Of a stretch of 64,000 nucleotides of DNA, positions 9,256-18,130 are shown piece by piece. This stretch comes from Candidatus Latescibacterota bacterium. GTDB lineage: Bacteria; Latescibacterota; UBA2968. The notes under the pieces were generated by a model. It was given only the letters and a program-made list of their open reading frames with translations. It had not been told where the DNA came from and searched no databases. Numbering within the stretch: position 1 is the stretch's first letter; each line of letters begins with the position of its first letter. The stretch spans positions 38,123 to 102,122 of the forward strand of contig JAYODI010000003.1 in NCBI GenBank assembly GCA_038279365.1, in the 5' to 3' direction. The translations under genes and the position numbers were made by a program.

Positions 9256-10137
9256 ATGGCTTTTGGAGAAGGTGATTATAAATACGAATACCAAGAAAAT
9301 TGGGCGGGTTTGGGTAATGATTATCACGAGGGATGGATTCCTGCGGTGGCGTGCGATTCAAAAGATCGGGTGTTTGTGTATTCGCGCAGTCAAAAGCCGT
9401 TGAATGTGTATGATGCCGATGGCAACCATTTGGCTACGTGGGGAGAAGGGATTTTACAGCCCACTTTTGCACATGGGATTTTTATTGATGGGGATGATAA
9501 TGTGTTTGTGACCGACGCAACCGATCATGCGATTTACAAGTTTAATGCTGAAGGTAAATTGTTGATGACGTTGGGAACGCCAGGTATAAAAGGCGAAAAA
9601 GAAGGCGATCCGTTTCACCGACCCACCGATATGGCAGTGGCTTCTAATGGCGATATTATTGTTTCAGATGGATATGGCAACCACCATGTTCATCGGTATA
9701 CGGCAGATGGCAAACACATCAAAACATGGGGTGGTGCAGGCAGTGGGCCAGGTGAGTTTACGATTTCACACACGGTGCGTTTAGACGGCGAAGACCGCAT
9801 TTGGAATTGTGATCGGGAAAATTGTCGTATTCAAATTTTTGATTTGGATGGCCATTTTGTCGATGAGTGGACGGGTTTGTTGCGCCCCAATAATATTTAT
9901 ATGGATTTGGAAAATGATGTGATTTATATCGCCGAGCTTGGGCGACGCATCAGTATTTGGGAATTGTCTTCGCGGAAGATGATCACCTCTTGGGGTGGTG
10001 GTGGGGAACCCAGTGACAAACCCGGTGAGTTTTTGGGTGGGCCACACGGTATTTGGTTGGATAGCAAGGGTGATATATATGCGGGGGAAGTGGAGTTGGG
10101 CAAAGAAGGGCGTTTGCATAAGTATGTGAGGGTTTAG
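9256..10137 (+). CDS. NHL-repeat beta-propeller (peptidyl-alpha-hydroxyglycine alpha-amidating lyase-like)
   Basis: Repeated HGIxxD units, RPTDMAV, SDGYGN, DRENCRIQIFD. AAGGAG precedes ATG 9256. Confidence 0.85.
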   Translation: MAFGEGDYKYEYQENWAGLGNDYHEGWIPAVACDSKDRVFVYSRSQKPLNVYDADGNHLATWGEGILQPTFAHGIFIDGDDNVFVTDATDHAIYKFNAEGKLLMTLGTPGIKGEKEGDPFHRPTDMAVASNGDIIVSDGYGNHHVHRYTADGKHIKTWGGAGSGPGEFTISHTVRLDGEDRIWNCDRENCRIQIFDLDGHFVDEWTGLLRPNNIYMDLENDVIYIAELGRRISIWELSSRKMITSWGGGGEPSDKPGEFLGGPHGIWLDSKGDIYAGEVELGKEGRLHKYVRV

Positions 10138-10139
10138 AT

Positions 10140-11426
10140 ATGGCCAAAAAATTTAATGATGAGCGCGATTGGTTTTTGGAAAAACGCTTTGGTTTGTTTG
10201 TGCATTGGGGGCTGTATGCAATTCCTGGATGGCACGAACAACATCAATGGCGTGGGCGTGTGCCTGCCCATGAATATGTGAAGCTGGCAAACAAGTGGAA
10301 CCCCGAAAAATTTGACGCCAATGCGTGGTTAGACTTGGCTGAATCGACGGGCATGAAATATATTGTGATTACGACCAAACATCACGATGGGTTTTGTTTG
10401 TGGGATACGAAGCATACAGATTTTAATACGATGCATACGCCTTATGGCAAAGATATTTTGGCGCAGTTGGCCGATGCGTGTCATAAGCGCAATTTTCCAC
10501 TTGGGTTTTATTATTCGTGTGCCGATTGGCACCATCCCAATTATCCCAATCAGGGAAGGCATCATGAGTTGGATGGCCCCAAGCCGGGTGATGAACCTGA
10601 TTTGATGAAGTATTTGGACTTTTTGCGTGCGCAGGTGCGTGAGTTGTGCACCAACTATGGTGAGATTCATGCATTTTGGTGGGACATGAATGTAGATGAA
10701 CATGTAGACCCATCTATTAACAATATGATTCGTGAGTTGCAACCCAAAGCGGTGATCAACAATCGAGGATATGATGAAGGGGACTTTGGTACGCCCGAAC
10801 GTGATTATGTGCAAGGCATTGATGAAAAACGTGATTTTGATCGGTTGACAGAAGCGTGTCAGTCGGTAGGTATTGAAAGCTGGGGATATCGGGTCAATGA
10901 AGATTATTATACAGACCGGCATTTGATGCGCAGCATAGCGCGGTATTTGGCGCGTGATGCCAATTATTTGCTCAATGTGGGCCCCAAGCCCGATGGTACG
11001 ATTTCTGAAACATCGGTGGGTATTTTAAACCGAATTGGAAAATGGTATCATGCGGTGAAAGAGTCTTTTGACAATGTGGAACCGGTGTCAAATTTGACGC
11101 GCAACAAAGAGGTGTTGCTTACGCGAAAAGACAATGTCATTTATGTGCATTTGGTAAACGACCCACGTACAAGCGGTGTGAAGTTGGATCCAATTCAGGT
11201 GATGCCCAAGTCTGCTACATTGTTGAATACGGGTGAGCCTGTGAAATTTAAAGTGGATTTGGTACCGAGCAATCATGTGGAGCACAAACCATATTTGCGT
11301 TTGCAGAGCTTGCCTGCCAATGAATTGGCAAATACGGTGATGGTGGTGAAGTTGGAATTTGAACAGGCACTGGATTTGTCTGAAGCTGTTGTTCAAGATG
11401 ATCATGTGCCCATTTCTGCACGATAA
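10140..11426 (+). CDS. Alpha-L-fucosidase, GH29
   Basis: RFGLFVHWGLY, TTKHHDGFCLW, LCTNYG, WWD, INNR, LLNVGP. No signal peptide. Confidence 0.92.
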   Translation: MAKKFNDERDWFLEKRFGLFVHWGLYAIPGWHEQHQWRGRVPAHEYVKLANKWNPEKFDANAWLDLAESTGMKYIVITTKHHDGFCLWDTKHTDFNTMHTPYGKDILAQLADACHKRNFPLGFYYSCADWHHPNYPNQGRHHELDGPKPGDEPDLMKYLDFLRAQVRELCTNYGEIHAFWWDMNVDEHVDPSINNMIRELQPKAVINNRGYDEGDFGTPERDYVQGIDEKRDFDRLTEACQSVGIESWGYRVNEDYYTDRHLMRSIARYLARDANYLLNVGPKPDGTISETSVGILNRIGKWYHAVKESFDNVEPVSNLTRNKEVLLTRKDNVIYVHLVNDPRTSGVKLDPIQVMPKSATLLNTGEPVKFKVDLVPSNHVEHKPYLRLQSLPANELANTVMVVKLEFEQALDLSEAVVQDDHVPISAR

Positions 11427-11438
11427 GAGGAGTGTTTT

Positions 11439-12626
11439 ATGGCAGGTCGCGATGCGTTTGGATATACCATTGAACAAATAACATTTGGCCCAAATAATCA
11501 TTTTTTTGGCTACATTGGGCACGCGAGTACCATTCCTTGGAATGGCAGTGGGCGATATATATTGGCGTTGCGCACGACGTTTCAAGACCATATGCCAGAA
11601 GCGGGGGAAACTGCCGATATTGTGGTGATTGATACAGAAAATGGTTATGCGGTTGAAAAAATAGAGGAAACGTGTGGCTGGAACCCACAACAAGGCACGA
11701 TGTTTTATTGGAACCCAGATGCATCTGATACACAGTTTTTTTTTAATGATCGCGACCGCACGACCAACCGTATTTTTACGGTTTTGTATGATATCGAAAA
11801 AAGAGAACGTGTAAAAGAATATCGATATGACGATGTGGCCTTTGCCAATGGTGGGGTGTGTCAAACGGGAGGCTGGTTTGCTGGAATCAATTATGCGCGT
11901 ATGGCACGGCTTCGTATGGTAACAGGGTATAAGGGAACGCATGATTGGACCAATGGTGTGGATCACCCAGATGACGATGGTATTTTTAAGGTGCATATTG
12001 CATCGGGAAAAAAGGAAGTGCTTGTTTCTTTTGCGCAATTGCGAGATGCGCTTGTTGCTGATGGGCAAGAAGATGTGGGGCCACTGTTTATCAATCACAC
12101 ACTCTGGAATCGAGATGGGGATCGGCTTTATTTTTATGCCCGTGCAGGATGGGATGACAACCCTGGTCAAAGGATCAATCAACCCTTTACGGTTGATGCC
12201 GATGGCCGAAATTTGACGTTGCAACGTGGCTTTATTGGTGGGCACCCCGAGTGGGAAATGGGTCATCGGGCCATTGGTGGACAAGACGATCTGTTGGTCA
12301 TTTATGATACCGACTCACAGGAGGTGGTTGATCAAATTGCCGATCCTACAATTGTTGAAAAGCCGGGAGGAGATACGGCTTTGTCACCTGATGGTAAGTG
12401 GACGGTAACGGGATATGGCAAAGACGGGCACAATATGTGGGTGGTCTATTGCCGCACCAGTGGTGCGTGGATTCGCACACCAGCTTATGACCAACGGCCT
12501 TATGTGTCGGGTGATTTGAGAAGCGATCCGGCACCGTTGTGGAATCGCGATGGCACAAAGATTTTGTTTCCTTCGTTGGTTGCGGATGGTTCGCGGCAAT
12601 TGCACGTGATTCACTTGGATATTTAA
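11439..12626 (+). CDS. Beta-propeller protein, oligogalacturonate lyase (PL22)/TolB-like
   Basis: HFFGY...PW N-terminus, WNPQQG, NHTLWNRDG, GHPEW, DPAPLWNRDG blade ends. Confidence 0.55.
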   Translation: MAGRDAFGYTIEQITFGPNNHFFGYIGHASTIPWNGSGRYILALRTTFQDHMPEAGETADIVVIDTENGYAVEKIEETCGWNPQQGTMFYWNPDASDTQFFFNDRDRTTNRIFTVLYDIEKRERVKEYRYDDVAFANGGVCQTGGWFAGINYARMARLRMVTGYKGTHDWTNGVDHPDDDGIFKVHIASGKKEVLVSFAQLRDALVADGQEDVGPLFINHTLWNRDGDRLYFYARAGWDDNPGQRINQPFTVDADGRNLTLQRGFIGGHPEWEMGHRAIGGQDDLLVIYDTDSQEVVDQIADPTIVEKPGGDTALSPDGKWTVTGYGKDGHNMWVVYCRTSGAWIRTPAYDQRPYVSGDLRSDPAPLWNRDGTKILFPSLVADGSRQLHVIHLDI

Positions 12627-12648
12627 TGGCTGTTTGTATCTATAAAGT

Positions 12649-12682
12649 AAAAGCCCTATTCGACATAGAGAATAGGGCTTTT
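12649..12682. terminator. Bidirectional intrinsic terminator
   Basis: AAAAGCCCTATTC/GAATAGGGCTTTT inverted repeat between convergent genes. Confidence 0.85.
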
Positions 12683-12716
12683 GTCTTGCAGATATATGGT
12701 GTTTAGGCCAGGGAAT

Positions 12717-14384
12717 TTAAGTATCGCGCTCAACTTTAACTATTTGATATTGGCCATCTTGCCATTTATAAAAGTAAATGCGTGTGGCATGGGGGGCCGC
12801 ATTGGGGCGTTGGGTGCGAATTTCTATGGCGTAGTATTGTTTGTTGGGCAAGTTGAATGGGATGGGAACTTCTGTGCGCGCTGTGGTTTGTGTCCGATGG
12901 ATGGGCTTTCCATTTTTGTTGAGCAAACGGTAGGTATATTGGGTTTGATGGGCTTGGGCGAGGTGGCCTGTAACGGCAAGGTCTTCAAAGTGTAATCCAT
13001 CTTGGTTGATCCAAAAGCGATCAAGAGGATTGATTTTGGCAAACCAGTATTGGCCTATTTTGTCGCGCCTTTCTTTGAGCAAACGAATCAGTGCTTGTTC
13101 GGCATTGGGGTTGGAAAGGTGCCCTGCCCTAACAACGGCTTCGATGTCGGCGTCGGTAAAGGCCATGACAATTTTGGCTCCCCAATAACCATCTCTTGCC
13201 GTACAGCGTTCAAATGCTGGATTGGGATAATTGGTAACCCATCGTTTGGGGCTAAAAACGGTGCTTTCGAGATAGCCCAATTCGGGATAGGCCATTGGTA
13301 GGGGGGCTTCCCACGGTTTTTGGTAGAATCCCAAAGCCAATGCTGAAGGAACAATTTGTCTGATATCGACAAAGTATTCATTGCCAGATTTGGGTGTTCG
13401 TGGCTTGACGGTACTGCTGCCTAAGGTGGCTCCCATGTCGATGAGGTAGTGTTTGAGATGACCTTGTCCTTTGTTATTTTCGATATACATATCCAATGTA
13501 TTGGCTGCTCGACGATCGACATCATTAATCCAGGAGCTAATGACACGTAAACCACGCAACTCTCGTCGGTGTTGGTGATAAACACGGTCGTTGATGTCGT
13601 CTTTGCGCACATCGTGAAAGTTATACAAACCAACAGGTATGCCCTCAACTTGTTTGCTGGCCAGTGCGCGTATTTTGCCATTGGGCTCTTTGGTAATAAA
13701 ATCTAAAAGTTTTTGTAAATCGGCCTCTGTCATGTCACGGGTGCCCCCATGGCCGTCGGGATAGGCTACATTTTGACCAACGCGTAAGATGGATGGATCA
13801 AAATAGACCACAGAATTGATGGGCACATGGTAACCTGCGGCATGGAGAATTTTGGTAGAGACAACTTCGGCATTTGAGGCCAGTTCATGATTGCCTTGGG
13901 CATCAAACTTAAAAAAGTAGACATCGTCTTTGGCATCTTTGATGCGAAAACCTGGGGCAACGCCGTGAAACTTCCCTTTAATGATGGTCCAAGGCCCTGT
14001 GGTATCGGGGATGGCTTTCCCTGGGCCAAGCATCAATGCATTGTATGACATGCGTGTAAGGCCATGTCGGTTGGTGAACCAAGATGAATTGACGGTTTCG
14101 TCTAAGGCGTTGACATTGTCTGCTTCGCGATAGGGAGCAATGCCTGCAATGTTGCCTAAGCGCCGAGCTGTCCAGCCCAAGTCGAGTGTTTTACCTACTT
14201 CATAAAAAAAAGTGTGATCAACAATATCCCAAATGACGTTTTGATTTGTTTCTTTGGGTTTGGGAATGGGACGTATATCGGGGTCCATCCATTTGATAGG
14301 ACGTGTGGTCAACTCATTTTGAGAAGTGCTGCAGCCGATAAATAAGGTGCATATTAAAAGTTGAATAAATGTGATTTGCTTCAT
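12717..14384 (-). CDS. Hypothetical lipoprotein with atypical protein-kinase-like motifs
   Basis: LFIG-C lipobox, GKFHGVAPG, YFFKFD, AEVV, NDVDRRAAN, LIDMG. Confidence 0.6.
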   Translation of the reverse strand: MKQITFIQLLICTLFIGCSTSQNELTTRPIKWMDPDIRPIPKPKETNQNVIWDIVDHTFFYEVGKTLDLGWTARRLGNIAGIAPYREADNVNALDETVNSSWFTNRHGLTRMSYNALMLGPGKAIPDTTGPWTIIKGKFHGVAPGFRIKDAKDDVYFFKFDAQGNHELASNAEVVSTKILHAAGYHVPINSVVYFDPSILRVGQNVAYPDGHGGTRDMTEADLQKLLDFITKEPNGKIRALASKQVEGIPVGLYNFHDVRKDDINDRVYHQHRRELRGLRVISSWINDVDRRAANTLDMYIENNKGQGHLKHYLIDMGATLGSSTVKPRTPKSGNEYFVDIRQIVPSALALGFYQKPWEAPLPMAYPELGYLESTVFSPKRWVTNYPNPAFERCTARDGYWGAKIVMAFTDADIEAVVRAGHLSNPNAEQALIRLLKERRDKIGQYWFAKINPLDRFWINQDGLHFEDLAVTGHLAQAHQTQYTYRLLNKNGKPIHRTQTTARTEVPIPFNLPNKQYYAIEIRTQRPNAAPHATRIYFYKWQDGQYQIVKVERDT

Positions 14385-14639
14385 AGTGATCTCTTGTATT
14401 GGGTGTGAATAACCTCAATAATAAATAAAAATATATAGAGAACCAAATAACCTTTTTGCTGTGTAAATGGGGGTGTGGGGGAAAATCAGCTTGTAAAATG
14501 AAGCAGTCGCAATATATTTTACGTATGGTTGTCTGATGGCGCGTAGCAGGATTTATTTTGCACAAGGGGAGGTCGAAAGAAGTTTTGAAGTTGTTTTTTA
14601 ATAAATTGATTTTTAATGTTTCTTTAGATGGGGTGAGAT

Positions 14640-15368
14640 ATGTTTGGTGATATTCGCAACAAATCAGGTGAAAAGCTCGATTATGTGGTGCAAGTGGGAA
14701 ATGCTCAGAGCAAAAAGATTGTGGTTTTGGGGCATGGTGTAACGGGTAATAAAGATCGTCCATTTTTGGTGGCGTTGGCCAATGGTTTGGAAAAGGCAGG
14801 GTTTAATGTTTTGCGTTTTTCTTTTGCGGGAAATGGTGATTCAGAGGGGCGTTTTGAAGATGCTGTGATTACCAAAGAAGTGGATGATTTGGGCAGTGTA
14901 ATTGATGCATTGCGTGGATACACGGTTTGTTATGCAGGGCATAGTATGGGAGGGGCAGTGGGTGTTTTGCGCGCCAGTACAGATGGTCGTATACACTATT
15001 TAATTTCACTGGCAGGCATGGTCGATACCAAAGGATTTGCCCAACGTGAGTTTGGTGATGTGACGCCCGATGCAGGATATATGTGGGATGATGAAGACTG
15101 TCCTTTATCCAGTGCCTACATGAATGATTTAACAGCACTGGATACGGTGGTGAGTCGTGCCACGCAAATCGTTGTACCGTGGCTGTTGGTGCATGGTAGT
15201 GAAGATGATGTGGTTCCCATAGAAGATTCTCGGGCGATTTATGCTTTGGCCAATGAGCCGAAAAAATTAATTGAATTGCCTGGTGCTGGCCATGTGTTTA
15301 GCGATGATGCCACACCTGTTATGGTTGAGCAGGTGGTTGCTTGGGTGCGCACGCAATTTTCGGAGTGA
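14640..15368 (+). CDS. Alpha/beta fold hydrolase
   Basis: HG...GNGDSEG, GHSMGG, HGSEDDVVP, GAGH. Confidence 0.9.
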   Translation: MFGDIRNKSGEKLDYVVQVGNAQSKKIVVLGHGVTGNKDRPFLVALANGLEKAGFNVLRFSFAGNGDSEGRFEDAVITKEVDDLGSVIDALRGYTVCYAGHSMGGAVGVLRASTDGRIHYLISLAGMVDTKGFAQREFGDVTPDAGYMWDDEDCPLSSAYMNDLTALDTVVSRATQIVVPWLLVHGSEDDVVPIEDSRAIYALANEPKKLIELPGAGHVFSDDATPVMVEQVVAWVRTQFSE

Positions 15369-15415
15369 TTGTTGATAATGCAAAATGATGGTCAAAATGT
15401 TTTGGGGAGGAACAT

Positions 15416-16597
15416 ATGCCAACGATAGGAACGCCGTTGTCACCGACTGCAACCAAGGTTTTGATGTGTGGTTCTGGTGAATTGGGCAAAGAAGTGGTGA
15501 TCGAATTACAGCGTTTGGGTGTGGAGGTGATTGCGGTAGATCGGTATGAAAATGCGCCAGCGATGCAAGTGGCGCATCGGTCTTATGTGATTTCGATGTT
15601 AGATGGTGACGCACTTCGCAAGGTGATCGAATCTGAAAAGCCCGATTTGATTGTGCCCGAAATAGAAGCGATTGCCACTGATACGTTGGTTGAATTGGAA
15701 AGCGAAGGATATACGGTGATTCCAACGGCGCGTGCGGCTCGGTTGACCATGAACCGAGAAGGCATTCGTCGTTTGGCCGCAGAAGAACTGGGTTTGCGTA
15801 CGTCGCCTTATCGGTTTGCATCGACATTAGAAGCGTATCGTGAAGCTGTTGCAGAGATTGGATTGCCCTGTGTGGTGAAGCCGATTATGAGTTCGTCTGG
15901 CAAGGGGCAGAGTACTTTAAAAACACAAGACGATGTGGATCGGGCTTGGCAATATGCACAAGAAGGTGGGCGTGGCGGCGCAAGCTCGGTTATTGTAGAG
16001 GGGTTTGTTGATTTTGATTATGAAATCACATTGTTAACGTTGCGTTACGAAGGCGGCACAGGTTTTTGTGCGCCCATTGGACATGTGCAAATAAGTGGTG
16101 ATTATCGTGAAAGCTGGCAACCGCAACCGATGAGTGACGCCGCACGTAAAGAAGCCGAGCATATGGGGAAGGCCATTACAGATGCATTGGGTGGGCGTGG
16201 TCTTTTTGGTGTGGAGTTGTTTGTGAAAGGCGATACGGTGTATTTTAGTGAGGTTTCTCCTCGCCCTCACGACACGGGCATGGTGACGATGATTTCGCAA
16301 GATCTATCTGAATTTGCACTTCATGCACGCGCCATATTGGGTTTGCCCATTCCCAACATTGCGCAACACGGGCCTTCTGCTTCGGCGGTTATTTTGGTAG
16401 AAGGACACTCTAAGCAGGTGTCATTTGGCAATTTGGCCAAAGCCATTGAGCAACCCGATACGCAGATCCGTTTGTTTGGCAAACCCGAAGTGCAAGGTGA
16501 GCGCAGAATGGGTGTGGTGGTTGCCCGTGGCAATACGGTAGAAGCGGCACGAGAAAAAGCACGTCAGGGTGCCCAGGCGGTGTCAATTACATTGTAG
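15416..16597 (+). CDS. purT: Formate-dependent phosphoribosylglycinamide formyltransferase
   Basis: [48 protein letters not shown]. Confidence 0.97.
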   Translation: MPTIGTPLSPTATKVLMCGSGELGKEVVIELQRLGVEVIAVDRYENAPAMQVAHRSYVISMLDGDALRKVIESEKPDLIVPEIEAIATDTLVELESEGYTVIPTARAARLTMNREGIRRLAAEELGLRTSPYRFASTLEAYREAVAEIGLPCVVKPIMSSSGKGQSTLKTQDDVDRAWQYAQEGGRGGASSVIVEGFVDFDYEITLLTLRYEGGTGFCAPIGHVQISGDYRESWQPQPMSDAARKEAEHMGKAITDALGGRGLFGVELFVKGDTVYFSEVSPRPHDTGMVTMISQDLSEFALHARAILGLPIPNIAQHGPSASAVILVEGHSKQVSFGNLAKAIEQPDTQIRLFGKPEVQGERRMGVVVARGNTVEAAREKARQGAQAVSITL

Positions 16598-16619
16598 CTT
16601 TAATTTTAAAGATTTGTCG

Positions 16620-16646
16620 AAAAAAGCCCCGTAAGGGGCTTTTTTT
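16620..16646 (+). terminator. Intrinsic terminator of purT
   Basis: AAAAAAGCCCC-GTAA-GGGGCTTTTTTT. Confidence 0.9.
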
Positions 16647-16822
16647 GTTTTTAGAGTACCGATCATTTTGGCTGACGCATGTGATTGGAGCCATCTTTTA
16701 GATATAAGGGATTCTCCATAAAACATTGTAATTCTTCACATTAGTTTCATGCAGGGTATATCTTGCATGGTTTACGTGGCTTCTATTTGCAGAATTATTA
16801 TTTATATTAATGATACAACCTC

Positions 16823-16851
16823 TTGACAAAAATTCTCATAACTTATAGTTT
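16823..16851 (+). promoter_or_regulatory. Putative sigma70 promoter
   Basis: TTGACA, 17-nt spacer, TAGTTT in an AT-rich region upstream of 16897. Confidence 0.5.
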
Positions 16852-16896
16852 TTATTCAGTCGGGTTACAGAAACTAATAATTTATGAGGTTATATA

Positions 16897-17157
16897 ATGT
16901 TACAGAAGTCCAAAAAACGTGTTTATTTTCGCTATCAAGCGCCCAATGCCAAGGTTGTGAGTGTTTTGGGAAGTTTTAATGGTTGGGAAGAACGCCCTAT
17001 GAAAAAAAATAAGGAAGGCGAATGGTCTACTTGGACCCTTCTTGAAGCGGGGCGTTATGAATATCGCTTTAAAATAGATGGGCAATGGCAAAATGCGCCA
17101 GATGCAGAGACCGTGCCCAATGAGCATGGTTCGGAAAACAATGTTTTGAAGGTTTAA
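16897..17157 (+). CDS. Stand-alone glycogen-binding CBM48/AMPK-beta-like domain protein
   Basis: APNAKVVSVLGSFNGW...GRYEYRFKIDGQW...NEHGSENNV. Confidence 0.88.
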   Translation: MLQKSKKRVYFRYQAPNAKVVSVLGSFNGWEERPMKKNKEGEWSTWTLLEAGRYEYRFKIDGQWQNAPDAETVPNEHGSENNVLKV

Positions 17158-17177
17158 GACATTTTAAATGTATCAAG

Positions 17178-17206
17178 GGCCGCGAAGTTTTCTTCGCGGC
17201 CTTTTT
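17178..17206 (+). terminator. Intrinsic terminator
   Basis: GGCCGCGAAG-TTTT-CTTCGCGGCC-TTTTT. Confidence 0.85.
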
Positions 17207-17296
17207 GCGTTTTGGGGGGATGGATTCTTGTGTGGACGTGGCCGAGTGTGGGGTATATATTGCGAAAAAACGACTCTCAGACCAAAGGAATGACAT

Positions 17297-18016
17297 ATGA
17301 AATTATGTGCACATCGCGGACTCAGCCATGCCTGCCCTGAAAACACGTTGCCAGCATTTGGCGCGGCTATTGCGTTGGGTGTGGATGAAATTGAGTTTGA
17401 TTTGTGGCTTAGTGCCGATGGTGTTCCGGTGGTGTGTCACGACCCGAGAGTGGATCGTACGACAAATGGTACGGGTATTGTGACGGAGATGAATTGGGTG
17501 GATATTCAAAAATTGGACGCAGGTATTCAAACAGGTGATTTGTGGCGCAATGTGCGTGTGCCTTGTTTGGATGATGTTTTGGATTTGGCAGGTGATCGGG
17601 TGGGGCTCAATATTCATATCAAAAATCCTGGGCCCGGCAACCGATTGATAGAGATTGTATGTGATGAAATTCAAAATCGTGGATTGGTGGAACGGGCTTA
17701 TATTGCAGGTATTGATGATGTTTTAGAAGCTGCTCGTGAGACTGATGAATCTATTATGCGCTGTTGTTTGGCAGGGCAAAACACACCCGATTTGCAAGTA
17801 GATTTGGCCATAAAATATGCCTGTCAACGCTTACAGTTTCGGCGTGAATTGTCTGATGAAGCCATTCAACGCGCAAAGAGACAGGGGCTTATTTGTAATT
17901 TATTTTGGTCTGATGAACTGCTCGACGCGCAGGCTTATGCCCAAAGAGGCATTGATGTGATTTTGACCAATCGTGCAAACTTCATGCAAATGGACAATGA
18001 GGCTTTGTGTGAATGA
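17297..18016 (+). CDS. Glycerophosphodiester phosphodiesterase family protein
   Basis: AHRG...PENTLPAF, EFD...SADGVPVVCHD, DVILTN. Confidence 0.9.
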   Translation: MKLCAHRGLSHACPENTLPAFGAAIALGVDEIEFDLWLSADGVPVVCHDPRVDRTTNGTGIVTEMNWVDIQKLDAGIQTGDLWRNVRVPCLDDVLDLAGDRVGLNIHIKNPGPGNRLIEIVCDEIQNRGLVERAYIAGIDDVLEAARETDESIMRCCLAGQNTPDLQVDLAIKYACQRLQFRRELSDEAIQRAKRQGLICNLFWSDELLDAQAYAQRGIDVILTNRANFMQMDNEALCE

Positions 18017-18079
18017 TGTGGTGAGCAAAAAGCTTTTATTGATCTTGTATGTGACGTGTGTAATTTTTTGATAGCAAAG

Positions 18080-18119
18080 AAAAAGGGGGCTGCCGAAATA
18101 TTCGGTCGCCCCCTTTTTT
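18080..18119. terminator. Bidirectional intrinsic terminator
   Basis: AAAAAGGGGGC...GCCCCCTTTTTT between convergent genes. Confidence 0.8.
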
Positions 18120-18130
18120 GTAGGTTAAAA

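Noticed and set aside
11088-12284. Long antisense ORFs (398 aa here; also 28152-29051, 41437-42216, 1011-1772)
   Set aside because: They overlap well-supported genes on the opposite strand, show no recognisable motifs, and have H/T/P/Q-rich composition expected from the G/T strand skew.
16851-16866. Third copy of the conserved leader (TTTATTCAGTCGGGT)
   Set aside because: Only 8 nt of the tail match and both hairpins are absent, so chance is likely.
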